This document shows positions 37,530 through 51,410 of a stretch of DNA of 64,000 bases, piece by piece. Within the stretch, counting starts at the first letter, position 1; each line of letters opens with the position of its first letter. The stretch lies in assembly GCF_018977255.1 (NCBI RefSeq), contig NW_024704743.1, positions 39,868,001-39,932,000 on the forward strand. The letters run 5' to 3'. The position numbers and the translations under genes are program-made. Under the pieces are notes generated by a model. The model saw only the letters and a list, made by a program, of their open reading frames with translations. It was not told the DNA's origin and made no database searches. Source of the stretch: Callorhinchus milii. Its lineage: Eukaryota.

Positions 37530-38345
37530 AAACAAAATTACACTTGTATAGCGCCTTTCACATCAGGAGGACGTCCCAAGGCGCTGGACAATCAGTGCTT
37601 CAGACCCGAGCTGGGGTTCGGGATCGGGGAGGGTGGAGGGCAGGGGGGAAGAAGGATGATCGAAAGGACAGTGGAAGAGGAGGGTCTTGAGATGGATCTT
37701 GAAGGAGGCGAGGAAGGAGCGAGGTGGAAGGATTGCGGGATGGAGTTCCCGAGGGTGAGCAAAGAATGGCTAAAGGCTCGGCTGCCAATGGTCCGGTGGG
37801 TGAGGCAGGGGACATGAAGCAGGCCGGAGCCCGCTGAGTGGAGGGAGTGAGCTGGTTGGTAGGGGGTTAGGAGGTCACAGATGTAGGAGGGAGCAAGGCC
37901 ATGGAGAGCTTTGAAGGTGAGGACCAGGATCTTGAACTGCATCCTCTGTTTGATGGGAAGCCAGTGGAGTCAGGCGAGGATGGGGGTGATAAGTTCATGG
38001 AGCCTGGTGCGGAGAGACACGGACTGCAGAGTTCTGGATGATCTGCAGTCTATAGAGAGAGGAGTTTTGGAGGCCGACAAGCAGGGAATTTGCATTGTTG
38101 TGCCTGGATGTTATGAATGTGTGCATGAGGTTCTCGGCGGCCTGCGGTGTGAGACAGTGGTGGAGCCGGATGATGTTGCATATGTAGGGAAAGGTGGAAC
38201 AGGTTATGGCATGGAGGTGGGATATGAAGGACAGTTGAGGTTCTGTATTGGCTCCATGAGTGCATCCATGGAGAAAGATGCTGTCAGCGCCCGAGGTATG
38301 GAGGCGCTGATGGGAGCCAAGCAGGAGGTTCTCAGTCTTGTTATC
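37530..38345 (-). mobile_element. L2 LINE 3' fragment
   Basis: FKILVLTFKALHGLAPSY motif and the same 3' tail as 14594. Confidence 0.93.
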
Positions 38346-39481
38346 TAATCTCACGTCAGGACTTACTCATATAGCTTAGTTGAATCCAGTACTGTGAGTG
38401 TGCTGGAGGTGCCATCCTTCGGATGAGATGTTAAACTGAAACTGCGTCTTCCTGTGCAAGTGGATGTTAAAGAACTCATGAGTTTCTCCCAGTGTCCTAG
38501 CCAATAATCCCCCAAACAAAATTAGTCAGTCACTTTGTGGCTGTTTGTGGTACATTGCTCTGTGCATATTGGCTGTTGCATTTCCCCATTAAACACATAC
38601 AGTCACTGCACTTTGCAGTATACCATGTGAAGCACTTTGGGTCATCTGATGTGAAAGACACAATAAGAAATGTAAGGATAATTATTATTAGGTTTGATAT
38701 TTTTCAGACTTTGAACTCACAGCCTAGACTAACACTTTAATACTGTGCTGGGGAGTGCTGTGTTGTTGTAGGTGCCTACTTTTGGATAAGATCTTAAACC
38801 AAGGTCCTGGCCACCTTTTCAGTAAACATTATTCATACTCAAAAAGAGAAAGACATTCTCCAGTTGTCCTGACTAACAATCACCCGGATAAAAATGGTCA
38901 TTCACTTGTTGCCTCATTTCCCACAAAATACACCCTCACTACATTTTACAGTAAATCCTATGAAGTGCTTTGAGACGTCATCTTGATGTGAAAGGTGCTG
39001 TATCAAATGCAAGGATTATTATTATTATTTTATGTTTGATTATTAACAGGTTTTGGGGCAAACCAGCCAAGACCTCACAATCAACCATCTTTGTTGTAGC
39101 CACCTGTAATCTCTGCCTTTCAATCTTGCAGAGTTTGGTCAGAGTTCCATGGAGCGGGCCTGAAAGGTAGAGATCGTGGGTGACAACGACAAGCAACGCA
39201 GCCCACGCCCAGTTTATCTGCTGTGGAAAATGCAGGTTTCCTTTCTCTCGATTGTTAGTCGATTGGCGAATTGATTTTCCGGGGGCAATAATCCTTCAAC
39301 AAAAATAATAAAGAAGAAGAATTTCGTCACTTAATCCATGACTGTTTGTGGGTCACTGCTGTGCGCAATTGGCTGCCATATTTCTCCCGCAAAATATACA
39401 GTCAATTCACTTTGCAGTATATTCTGTGAATCGCTTTGAGACATCGCAAAGATGTGATAAGTGACTATATCAAATGCAAGG

Positions 39482-39540
<59 letters not shown>
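39482..39540 (+). repeat. (ATT)n microsatellite, expanded SINE tail
   Basis: About 19 perfect units following aaatgcaagg. Confidence 0.95.
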
Positions 39541-40253
39541 GTCTCTTTTCCAAATACTGGCCTAAAAATAATTCTCAAAAGCAAAGATTAAAAGTTGAAA
39601 ATCATCAACAGTCATGGGAATGGGAATCAAAAAAGATAGCCAAATTGAATGGGAAGTCTGCAGGAAAACCAATCTCCTGCAGAAGGTTTCCAGTCCCAGA
39701 CTAGTTTTAATTGCACATTTTAACAGGAATCCCCACTGATAATTAAATAACAGAAAGCATTTTGGAATACCACAAATATGACCCCAATGTTTTAACCATT
39801 GTATCACCAAATTCCCATATAGAACGAGGAGCATAATTAAATCTTTGAGTATTTCTATGAGTTTTCCATTTTTATCATTTTTTTTCCACTTGAACTGGTA
39901 CATGAGAATGCAGGGAGCCCAAACAAAACAAAGTTGCTATTTTGACATTTTCTTAGAAATTGAAGGCAATTTCTTGCTGTTACTATAAGTCGAAATGTAG
40001 ACACTTAAATTTGTTGTGAATAAGTGGCATTCATTTTTTAAAAAAAATGAAAGACCAGAGTAGATTGGAAAATAGCTTCATGCTTACCTTAGGGAGTATG
40101 CAAAGGGAAGGGAACTTCTAAACGTAGCTTTACAGCCTTCTCCCAAATGACTTCCATGCTCTCACTGCTGTTTTATTGCACTCCAACATTAATGTGTCAG
40201 TGTCAGCTGTCAAATTGTGCACTTTGTGTTCACACCAGCATGATAACACCTAC

Positions 40254-40374
40254 CCATGGGCAGGTGTCCTACTGGTAGGAATCCAAGGGTGTTGCACTGC
40301 AAAACTCAACACCTAGTCCAAGCTGTTATTTCCTTCCTGGCAACTTCTGTGTTTTTGTGATGCCTCAAAATATC
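40254..40374 (-). pseudogene. Candidate exon (121 nt, phase 1 to 2) with one stop
   Basis: Acceptor ttattttaaaattcag, donor TGG|gtaggt. Encodes YFEASQKHRSCQEGNNSLD*VLSFAVQHPWIPTSRTPAH. Confidence 0.4.
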
Positions 40375-40516
40375 CTGAATTTTAAAATAATGTTCTTAGG
40401 ACATTTAACAGGTAGAAAAAAATCACAAAGCCTGAAAAGTAATTAGAATTACAGCCATATGTATCTGCTTTCCCTGCTCAGGAAGCCAACATTTCTTACA
40501 TTCCATAACAACTTTG

Positions 40517-42741
40517 AAACAAACAACAACAACAAGATTTACATTTGTATATCGCCTTTCACGTTGGGAGACCGTCCAAAGGCACTGGACATGAGCTGGG
40601 GTCAGTGGGGGAGAAGGGAGGGGAGGGAAAGGGGTTTGGCCGATGGCATGGTTGAAGAGGAGGGTCTTGGGGACTTGAAGGAGGCTAAGGAGGGGGCGAG
40701 GCAGAGTGATTGTGGGATGGAATTCCAGAGGTTGGGGGCAGAGTGGCTGAAGGCTCTCCCGCCAATAGTGGGGCGGGTGGGTCGGGGGACGTGGAGCAGG
40801 CCAGTGCCGGCTGAGCAGAGAGAACGGGCGGGTTGGTAGGGGGTTAGGAGATTGCAGAGGTAGGGTGAGGCGAGGCCGTGGAGGGCTTTGTAGGTGAGGA
40901 CCAGGATCTTGAACTGGATCCTCTGAAGGATAGGGAGCCAGTGGAGTCAGGCGAGAGTGGGGGAGATGGGGTCACGGAGTTTGGTGCGGGAGAGGACACG
41001 GGCTGCAGAGTTCTGGATTATCTGCAGCCTGTGGAGGGAGGAGTTGGGAAGGCCGACAAGCAGGTCATTTGAATAGTCGAGCGTGAAGATGATGAAGGCA
41101 TGAACAAGAGTTTCAGTGGCCTGAGGGTGAGGTAATGGCGGAGTCAGATGATGTTACGGAGGTGAGGGAAGGCAGAGCAGGTCATGGCTTGGATGTGGGG
41201 AAGAAGAGACAGTTGAGGGTCGAACAAGACACCGAGGTTCCTGACTGGCTTAGTGAGTTGAAGTGTGCAACGATGGAGGTTGATGCTGCCAGAGCCTGAG
41301 GTGCTGAGGCGCTGGCGCGAGCCAATCAGGAGGGCCTCAGTCTTGTTCACATTCAACTGTAGGAAATTTGCCCTCATCCAGGACTTGATGTCTGTCAGGA
41401 CAGCAGTGGTCCTGGAGTTGAGGGTGGAGGCAGAAAGATAAGATTGGGTGTCATCCCCATACATGTGGAAGTTGAACCCATGTCTGCGGATGATGTCACC
41501 AAGGGGGAGCATATAGATATTAAAGAGGAGAGGGCCAAGGACAGAGCACTGGGGGACACCAGACGTGACAGTACGAGGGCTGGAGGAGAAACCATTAGAG
41601 GCAACAAAGTGGAGACGGTGAAAGAAATAGGAATCGGACCAGGCAACGGCAGGTCTGCGAAGATTAAGTAAAGAGGAGAGGCGGTGCATGAGGATGGAGT
41701 GGTCGACAATTTCGAAGGCGGCAGACAGGTCGAGGAGGACAAGGAGGCAGAGGGAGCCCTGATCACAGATGTTCAGAATGTCATTAGTGACTTTGACCAG
41801 GGCTGTTTCCATGCTGTGGGTAGTGTGGAAGCCGGATTGGAGGGGTTCAAAGAGGGAATGGTGAGAAAGAAAGGAGCAGAGCTGGGACATGATGACTCGT
41901 TCCATGATGTTGGAGAGGAATGGGAGGTTAGAGATGGGGCGGTAGTTGGAGAGAAGGGATGGGTCCAGGGAAGGTTTTTTCAAGATGGGGATCATGACGG
42001 CTGTTTTTAGGTGGGTGGGAACTGAACCTGGAGAGGTTGATGACATCGGACAGGAGAGGGGCCTGGAGGTGGAGCTGGAAGATAGGAGACATGTCGGGAT
42101 GGGATCGAGGGAGCAGATGGTGGGTTTGAGTTTGTGGACAGTCATGGTGAGGGAGGAGGGAGAGATAGGGTCGAAGGAATATAGGGTGGGATGGGTGGGT
42201 GGAGGGTCATGAGGCAGAGGTGATGTTTTGGGTGGCTGTGGACGGGGCTGAGGTGGCTGAACGTATCCCCTTGATTTTGGATTCGAGGAAGTCTAGATTC
42301 TCCTCACATTTGGTGATTGAGGAGAGGATGAGCAAGGTATGGGTGGGTGGATGGAGGAGACAATTTGTGGTGGAAAAGAGAAGCCTGGAGTTGCCACGGT
42401 CATGGGTGGGGGAGTGGATGAGGAAGAAGAGGTTAAAGGAAGAGAGGAGTGAGGAGAAGTCAGCAGAGATAGAGCAGGAGGGAGTGAAGTGTAGGTTGAA
42501 GTCGCATAAAATTAGAAGGCGTTGAGAGCAGAGGAAGAGGGAAGTTTGGAAGGTGGTGATGTCCGAGAGGAAGGTAGAGGATGGCTTGGGGGGACGGTAA
42601 ACAAGGAGGATTTTGAGGGAAAGCCTGGAGGGGTGGTAGAGAGTGAGGTGTTCAAAGGAGGAGAAGGTTCCGGAGGAGTAAGGGGAAAGGCCAAGAGGGG
42701 ATCGAGAGATGAGAGCCACACCACCGCCACGGCGATTAGGC
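40517..42741 (-). mobile_element. L2-clade LINE, 5'-truncated and internally deleted; APE endonuclease remnant plus RT and 3' tail
   Basis: ORF 42207-42743 RRGGGVALI...YRPP...CDFNLH (endonuclease). ORF 41144-42145 NYRPISNLPFLS...QSGF...LDLSAAF...GVPQ...YGDDTQ (RT). 3' tail ending in (TTG)n. Confidence 0.95.
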
Positions 42742-45016
42742 ACTTTATTTCAACAAACACGTTTACTTGAAATAGAGTGGAAGCACAAATTGCGTTGGGT
42801 GTTGTGTTAATTACACCTATGGTGCTAAATAACGTGATTTAGCGTAGTGACCTGATGATAATACACATATTAGCTGGTCCTCAGTTGTACTGAAGGTGAT
42901 TGGGAATCTGACCTGACATTAGAAATGATTTTGCCCAGGTTGGGGCATATTGGTTGGGGGATGGCAGCATTGGACTGACAATTGGTGAGATACTGCCTTA
43001 ACACAGATCTCTTTGCTTAGTCAAATTGGAATTCCTCTAACTGTTGTTGTTGTTGGTCTAAAATAACAGGATCCTGGGTCTCCCCTAAACTTGGAGACAA
43101 GGAAGATGTCCTTCCCCTAGCTTTTAACCACTTTGCCCCTACCCTCTGAAATCCTTCTGCCTCCTTTCTTTCCTTTCAAAACAAATCTAAAGACCTAGCT
43201 CTCTGACTACTTTTGACTACTTTGCCCCTATACAGTCAATTCACTTTACAGTCTATTCTGTGAAGCGCTTTGAGACGTCTTGAAGATTTGATAAGGCACT
43301 ACATTGAATGCAAGGATTATTATTATTATCTCCCTCAAAGCTCAGGCTTAGGCTTCCACTCTTTGTGAAACATTTTGAGCTGGTCTCCCTACATGAAAGG
43401 AGCAATATAACTGCAAATTGTTGCTGTTATAACCTACTCAGTTTCTAAATTAAGGCCACACCTTTCCTAGAAGATAAGAAAAATCCTGCAGGACAAACAA
43501 TTCTATTAAAGTTTAGGTTGTATGAAATAAAACTGATCTGATCATGGTGGAGGTATAATGAGATTTATTTTTGCCTTAGGGCATTAATAAAGCGATTTCA
43601 CTTATTCTAGGAGTATTGGGATAAGCCTGTCTTTTAATAACAATCCTTTTCTCCTAAACAGTAAGAGAGAACAGGGAATGATGATGAATCCTGGTTCTGG
43701 CAGTATTCTATATAATCAATAAGTCACAAACACATGCAACGACAGGTCTGATACAAGTGAAGGGCAGTGAACTTTAACTAGTCTCTAGATCTCACCATGA
43801 TTATTCATGCTATACACCTTAACCAATCTGTTTACCCAAGAATATATAACAAGATGTCCTTCTCTTTTTAGTCTTTGGTGGACCCAGTTTTAATACCCAC
43901 TTTGGGTATCAACGTTTAGGTAACTAACTCATGCATTTAAATTATCTAGAAACTTTGCAAGAGAGAGACCTGAGTTCGATTCCCAGCAGGACGAAACCTT
44001 GAATAAGTTTCTTTACTCCACACGCCTGATAATAATCTCTCAAAAAGAAAGCAATAATAAATTGGTCATTTCAATCAACGACTGTTTGTGGGACACTGAT
44101 GTGCGCAATTGGCTGCCGCATTTCGCCCACAAATAAACAGTCAATTCACTTGACAGTATATTCTGTGAAGCACTTTGAGACCTCTAGAAGATGTGAAAAG
44201 TGCTACATCAAATGCAAGGATTATTATTATTATAGAAACACACCAGCTTTATCCCAGCCGAATATCAGATCCAGCCAGTTTCGGAGCAAAGAAATGCACA
44301 GGACCAGAAATGACTATTGTGGTTTATCGGGGCAGATCCAATGTAAAATAATCAAAGAAGATGCTTTATATCAAGGTATAAAATACAATACAATTTTTCC
44401 TTTAAATATAGGACCTTTCAAGTTGAGAAGATATCTCAAAGTGCAAGACAATTCTGTCTGAGCATCAAAACTGTCGGTGGGAGCTGAGGGTGCGAGGAAT
44501 GTAAAAATGACTAAAAATGACCAAAAATTACCTACTGATGATGAGGGAGATGGGGGCGGGAACGGAGAATGGACAGACATGGAGTCAGTGTCAGCTGAGC
44601 AAGAGGAATGGCCAGGTTAATAAGGGTAAAGTGTAGAGATAGAGATAGTTGTGTATCTTTCGTACAGATGTGGAATTGAAGCCAATGTCTATGGATGATT
44701 ATCATCAAGGTGAAACATTTAGACAGTGAAAAGTAGAAGAAGGGGGATAGTGGGCTGAGGAACACCCCCAAGTGACTGTGTGGGAGCAGGAGGTGAAGCT
44801 TTTTGAAGAGATAAAGTAAAGAACTGGGATAGATAGCAATGAAACCATTAAACAGTACAATAAAAAATCTTTGTATATAGACAGATATAGATGGAACCGC
44901 TGAGTTGCAGCAGAGACAAGAGGTAGTGGAGAAGGATGGAGTGGTCAACAGTTGGCAGCTAAAACGACTATAATTAGAGACCATCCATGACTATAACTAA
45001 CTAACAGTTAGTTATA

Positions 45017-45115
45017 AAAACAGAAGTCTCTGGGAACACTCAGCAGGTCAGGCAGCATCTATGGAGAAAGGAAAGTAAGTCAACGTTTCGGGTCCACGAC
45101 CCTTCGTCAGAACAG
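45017..45115 (-). mobile_element. Penelope-like terminal repeat fragment (about 100 bp)
   Basis: Same sequence family as 15456; flanked by 13-bp direct repeat acagttagttata (45004-45016 and 45116-45128). Confidence 0.75.
45078..45114 (-). ncRNA. Minimal type I hammerhead ribozyme motif (Penelope-associated)
   Basis: Minus strand tgtt-CTGACGA-a-GGGTC-gtg-GACCC-GAAAC-GTT-gact: intact CUGANGA and GAAA boxes, 5-bp stem II, self-complementary AACGUU in place of stem III. Confidence 0.65.
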
Positions 45116-45672
45116 ACAGTTAGTTATAGTCAGCAGAATCAGCATCAAACCGTAAAGCAGCAGAGTTATAAGACAGCAGAGAGATCGATGAAGATATGTG
45201 CTTATTGCTAGTGCAGACAATGTGCTAAAAAAAATTCTCATTCTTTTACATGTTGTCACTATCTCTTTTGCACACATTTGTGTGTTAACATTCAGCGATT
45301 CTCCCATCTGCTTCATGAAAAATCATATTCTCTGATATCTACTGGAAGTCCTAGAAAAAAATCATAGCATGTAAGTTTGATTATATTTATGTGCAGGTTT
45401 GTGCTGGTTTGGGATCATCATAATAAAATATTGAATTTGCTACAGTGCCTTTCATTTTGAGATGACAAATACCTATACCAACATGAATCTTCACTCATTC
45501 CTTACTCCCTTCTCAGCTCTTTCTACTTCACTTTCCCTCATCTTGCAGGCAAACAAATCATCCCTTCATATGGTAGCTTATGTTGTGCTGTTGCAGCAAG
45601 TGAAACCAGAATAAAATCCAGGCCNAAAAAAAACACATAACCACCTTCTTTGCTTGTTAAGGGAATACTCAC

Positions 45673-45878
45673 AGAGCTTTACATGCAATGAGAATGTATC
45701 TAGAACAGGAAATGTCATCCAATATTGCTCGTGAAAGTGAAATGGACCTCTCTCAGTCAGCACAGAGGCAGCAAACCATAATGTTTTTTGATACACAAAT
45801 TCCATGCTTGTCACCCAGGCTTTCTACTTCATGAAGCAATTTTCTCAGCCGCTATAGACTGCTAGTTTGCCAATGGAT
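45673..45878 (-). pseudogene. Candidate exon (206 nt) with in-frame stops
   Basis: Strong acceptor (T-run then cttacag) and donor TCT|gtgagt. Phase-0 reading IHWQTSSL*RLRKLLHEVESLGDKHGICVSKNIMVCCLCAD*ERS...; both stops are one substitution from CAG and TGG. An alternative frame MEFVYQKTLWFAASVLTERGPFHFHEQYW... is open to the donor. Confidence 0.55.
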
Positions 45879-48800
45879 CTGTAAGAAAAAAATATTGAAG
45901 TGTTTTGTGACTGCAAACTAATGGGACAATTGTTCAACATCACAGCAATTCACCGGCAATTCACCGGCACTCCTTTTTGACAGTTGGTACGATTATCTTT
46001 TGTCTTTAAAAATAAAGGTTAAAAAGTTGTGCATGGTATCTTATTTTCAATCTATCCATTTGAGATTACAGGAACAATTCATTACTTTTATTCAAATAAA
46101 TGGTTGGGTGTTAAAAAACCCCACTAGTTTTAAAATATCATCAGAACAAAATGTGACTCAAAGTTATGGGAAGAGCGAAATGTTCCCTGAGGTTAACTGG
46201 CTAACTGGAGCATCCATCTGGAAAGCCTCAAGAGGCCATTAAGTGTCCCTTGAACCATCTGTCTTTAGAGCCTGGATAGTCGGTCACAAGTGAAATGTGA
46301 AGAAAAACTATCCTTAAAATTTAGGACATTGGCTGTGGGTAATAATAGTGAGGCAACAATTCTCAATAGATGGAAGCACACGTGAAGTCTTTGCTTCATC
46401 AATTATTGGATCCTGGAGAGTAAACAGCAGATGGTACTTGGGAGAGGATCCAGTTTAGAAAGTAAAAGTGTCATCTGTGGCTAAAGCCTTGGGGTTGACT
46501 GTCCATGGAATTTTGAACTTGTCCATTATGACAACCTGGAGCGGTGGCTGCACTTAAACCTCAGGGAATATTTTCAGCTGCCTAAAAGCAGCAACTGTTG
46601 AAATCTTTAATGAGTGCATCCATTAGTGAAGCTTGGGAGAAGAACTCATTCCTGGAGTAAATTGCATTTGAAAGCCATTATAAAGTCAGCTGCAGATTTT
46701 GCTTTATTGTCAATGTCTTTTGACCTTAGGTTGGGTGAGCTTCAAGGGCTACGTGTATAGCTTTGCAGTTATGAGTTGAATTGAATACCTCAATCTGCTA
46801 CAGACAGATTTGTACGAGTAGTGATGCTTTGTAGATGATGGGCTCTAGGATTGGGTCCAAGGGAATCAGATTAATTCAAATCAGACCAAACTACCAATCT
46901 GACAATTCAATGATTTATTTAATATCCACATATTGTCCACATAGGTGTGTGGTGTGTGTGTGTGTAAATGGGGTGGGGGGGGGTGTTGGGGAAACGGGTC
47001 ATCCTTCAGGCCAGTGATAACTAACTGACTGCATTTCCCAGGCAGCATGTGGACCGATCAGTGATATTGACACTCTCCCATCCGCTTAATTAAGGAAAAG
47101 ATGTGAGGGAAACAAAAATAACCTTGATTATGGAATTATTTGCCATAGAAATGAAATAAGATTTTGTTTTACCAAATAACTATGCTAGTTTTGAAAACAA
47201 GGATTCATAAACATAGTTTTTTAAAAAATATTCTACGAGAATGCTCCATTGAGCCCCATGAAAGTTCAGTAAGTTTACGATTAACTATTCCCATACTGCA
47301 TTAATGGCAAGAGATGCTCAATTTCAAGTACTATCTGTAACTTGAGAATGAGTGAACTAAATCCACACCTTTCATGTAGGCCACTTTGTTAGGTGGTACA
47401 TTTATAGTGCAGTGATGACTGTCTATTTGTTTTATTCTGATCCTCCCCAATCCCCCCATCTGTCATCTCAGCCTGCACAACCCAAAATGTACCCTGGGCT
47501 AGAGGGAGGCACATGGCTCTGATTCCGAATATTATGTTATGAATTCTTTTTAAATTGTAGATTTTTTCTGCCAATATTTTGACAATACTGATAATATTTT
47601 ACTGTTAATAATCCAAAATTAAAGCACACCGCTTCTTTTAATAATATATAACACTCACAATATTCTGAACTCAAAGTGATTTTATTTTTCAGAAAGAATT
47701 GGCTACATTTGCATTCTATCGAAGTATGGCACAGTCCGTCTCCTTCATATTAAATTGTATTATCCATACAACGTCAGCAGCAGTATGGATGAAAGCAAGA
47801 GTATTTTCAAAATGTACTACAATATACAGATGCTACAGTTCAGTGAGTGAGCTGTAAAGCTTAGATGCTCAAAAGCTTTGAAAGTTCCCAATCATTGTGA
47901 AATGATGAGCAATAATCCAAAATGAAAAGATGATAGGAACTTGAGGAAGGTCTATGAAAACTCATAAGGATTATGGAGCTACACATGTGTTGAATTGCTT
48001 GCATAAACTGATTTTTCTTGAGTAATTACAAGATTATCAATGGAATTTTGGCTACTTGTGTATGAAAACTTATATGATAGAAAGCCTTGATAAGTTTCAA
48101 TCACTATTTTATTTTCAAAGTAATTCCAATCAGTAAATAGTGCTCATTATTGGGTCCAATTTATGTTGTGTCATGTTGTATGATTCCCATTCACCCAAAT
48201 TTACACCCAAAATATTCCACATTTAATTTTTTTCTGATTATTATCTAATAATCTTTGCATTTGAGATACAGCACCTTTTCATGTTGAAATATCTCAAAGT
48301 GCTTCATCAATTTTCTGTAAAATATGTGCGCAGGCAAATATGTGGGGACCACTTTGCCCACAGTAACATTCCAGAAACAGCCATGAATTGAATCAGTGTT
48401 TTTCTTCTTTTATCTGGGGGGTTGTTGGCCAGAACACCCAGAGAAACTATCTTCTCTTTTCAAATAATGCTTTAGCATCAAATAAGATCTTTAACACCCA
48501 CCTGAGCAGGCAAGATGGGACAATGGCTTAATGTCTCATAGAAATGACACAGAACTCATTGGAGTGACAGTCCGTCAGGACTATAAGCTCAAACTGCTGA
48601 CCTCACATTCCTCTGACTTAGAGGTGAGAGTGCTAAATTTAATTTCTCCAGTGTATTTATTTTGTTGAGTGTAACTTCAGAATGACATTCCACTTCTCTA
48701 GCTTAAATCTGTATTCCAGTCAGGTTAGTGAAAACTGCAGTGCACCTGCTACATCTTCCCCAGCAATGCAACACAGACTGTGGCTTATTTCATGAATCAA

Positions 48801-50740
48801 TTGGGAGTCACAATGCAGTACAAGAAAGAGACAACATCAATTCAGATTAGATCAAAACAATTCAACTTGAATTGAATTCTTACTTTTATCAGAGTATCAG
48901 ACAAAACAATGTAATTGATTCCTAATTTCAGGGCTTGGATCAAGAGATATCTAACGCAGACAATTAGATTTAGCAGGTCTGTTGTTCAATATTCATGCAT
49001 GTGTCTGTGCATCGTGCAAACAGGCAACATCCCAATATTCAATCCATAGCCTCTTCATGGTGCTTAATCACACTGTTAACAGCTATCATCCACGACTGTT
49101 TGTGGGACTCTGCTGTATACAATTGGCTGCTACTTTTTATCCACAAAATATAGTTAAACCACTATACAGCATATTCTGTGAAGTGCTTTGAGACGTATCG
49201 AAGACGAGATAAGGCGCTATATCAAATATAAGGATTATTATTATATATCATGTGGGTTCTGCTAAACTGGACTTATGGGTGCACCAATGCACCAATTAAT
49301 CAGCTACTTGCTACAGTTTATAGACACTGAACTTGATGTCTAAAATCCATATTTTTCAGGCCTGCCGTGAACTGATGGGAGCATTGTGGATATAAACTCA
49401 TTTTAGACTTTCCTGTACAGTCACAAGTTAATTATGTTCTACTGTCATCTCTACCACCAATAGCCATCCGATCAAATCAACAAAGAGTAGTCAACATAAC
49501 TCACAAGCTCCTAAACAAGCAGGAAAAACAAGCTGTTTACCCTGGGAATAAACTGCATAGAAATGCCATATTCAGATGTGACTGTAAAATGGCACTTCTC
49601 TCATCCTGCATCTCAAAGAAAAAAAAATCTGATTGCCCAAGCAGGAGGTGGATCTGATCCTGAAGTATTTTATGACAATAAGTAATGAAGCAGACATGAA
49701 AGGAGAGTGGTCAGCAGGTGATAGCAATCTCTAGAAATAAAATAACTTGGTACAAAGCCAGAAAAAGGTCTAGATCTCCAAAAGATGTTCAACAAAGCAC
49801 TTCATAAAAAACTTCACAAACTGAGGTCACAAGATATCAATGACACACATTCCAAATTGGTTGAAGAAGAGAAGCAGAGGATTCTTGTTAGGGGAGTTAG
49901 GTCAACATAGGGGAAGTTATTAAAGCAGGATTCCTTTACTGTGGATCATTCCAGTTGCTTGTATTATTTAATAACCTGGATGCATAGAGTCAATATAAGG
50001 TAGTTAAATTTGCAGTTGACAACAAACTATGAAACTCTCTGACTCAATCCCTTCATCTTGCCCCTCTCTGGCCATCTTCAGATCATATCTGAATACCTTT
50101 CCCTTTGACTATGTCTACAGTCACTTCCCCCTCTCCCTGACTTGGTATCAAACTCTGTAACTGTTAAGAGCTCTGAGAGGCTATCTTGCATGAAGAGCGC
50201 TATATAACTGCAAATTGTTGTTGAATTATGGAATCAGGGGAGGAAACAAAAGCTTTACAAAGGAGGGAATGTACATAGGATGATGGATGAAGTTTAATAC
50301 AGAAAAATGCAAGGTACTAAAATTAGGAAATAAGAGTAGAAGGTACAAAACTTACCAAAAGGAAAATTGAAAGAGATCGAAGGCTGCTGGTTGTCTCATT
50401 GCTCACCATGTCAAAACAGTATGAGTCAACAGTAAACTACATAAATGTGATGTTAAATCAATTGATTTTAGATCCCAAGAAAAAATTTCAAGTATATAGT
50501 GCTCTGGTCAGACCACACGTATAGGGTGTTAAGAGGACTTTGTGGACACCCTGTAGGTGTGAACTTTCTATCACAACAACTTGCAGTTATGTAGCACTCT
50601 TCATGTAAGGTAGCATCTTGGAGCTCTTAACAGTTTTTATCTCACAATGAATTTTTATTTTCTGTTGCAGATAAGTCAAGTGTAACAATGTCTAATACCA
50701 GTAACTCTTTCTGACAAGATTTCCTTCCATGAGCAATGTG

Positions 50741-51410
50741 GAGTCCCATAGCATAGTAGTTAGAGCACTCACCCTGCAAGCGAGAGGATCTGGATTTGAT
50801 TTCTGGGCAGGGCAAAACGTTGGGCAAGTTTCCTTACTCCACACACCTCAGTTTACCTAGCAGTAAGTAGGAACCTAGTTGTTAGTTGATTGGCTTTTCT
50901 GGAAGTAATAATCCATTCAAAAAAATAATAAAATAAAAAATAAAAATGTAGTCACTCAATCCACGACTGTTTGTGGAACACTGCTGTACGAATTGGCTGC
51001 CATGTTTCGTCCACAACATATATAGTCAAGTTACTTTACCGTATATTCTGTGAAGCGCTTTGAGATACATTGAAGATGCGCTAAGGTGCTATATCAAATG
51101 CTAATATTATTATTATTATAGTGGTTAGATTACTCGCCTCGCTAGTGAGAGGACCCGGGTTTGATTCCCGGCAGGGCGAAACCTAAGGCAAATTTGTTTA
51201 CTACACATGCCTGTAGCATGTAAGCATGTAAGCTACTTAGCAGTAAGTAGGAATTTGGTTATTAGTTGATTGCTTTGATTGAATAATTACCCCTCAAAAA
51301 AAAATTGGTCACTGTATCCACAACTGTGGGACACTGTTGTTTACAATTGGCTGCTGCGTTTTATCCAAAAAGTAAACAGTCAATCCACTTTACAATATAT
51401 TCTGTATGCA
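50741..51410 (+). mobile_element. Two tandem copies of the long-variant SINE
   Basis: Heads at 50741 and about 51119; first copy complete with ATT tail. Confidence 0.85.

Noticed and set aside
39474..39704. Poly-Leu signal-peptide-like ORF
   Set aside because: Translation of the (ATT)n SINE tail.
41144..42145. Longest ORF (333 aa) as a cellular gene
   Set aside because: Frameshifted L2 reverse transcriptase remnant (YGDD in place of YADD) inside a truncated LINE.
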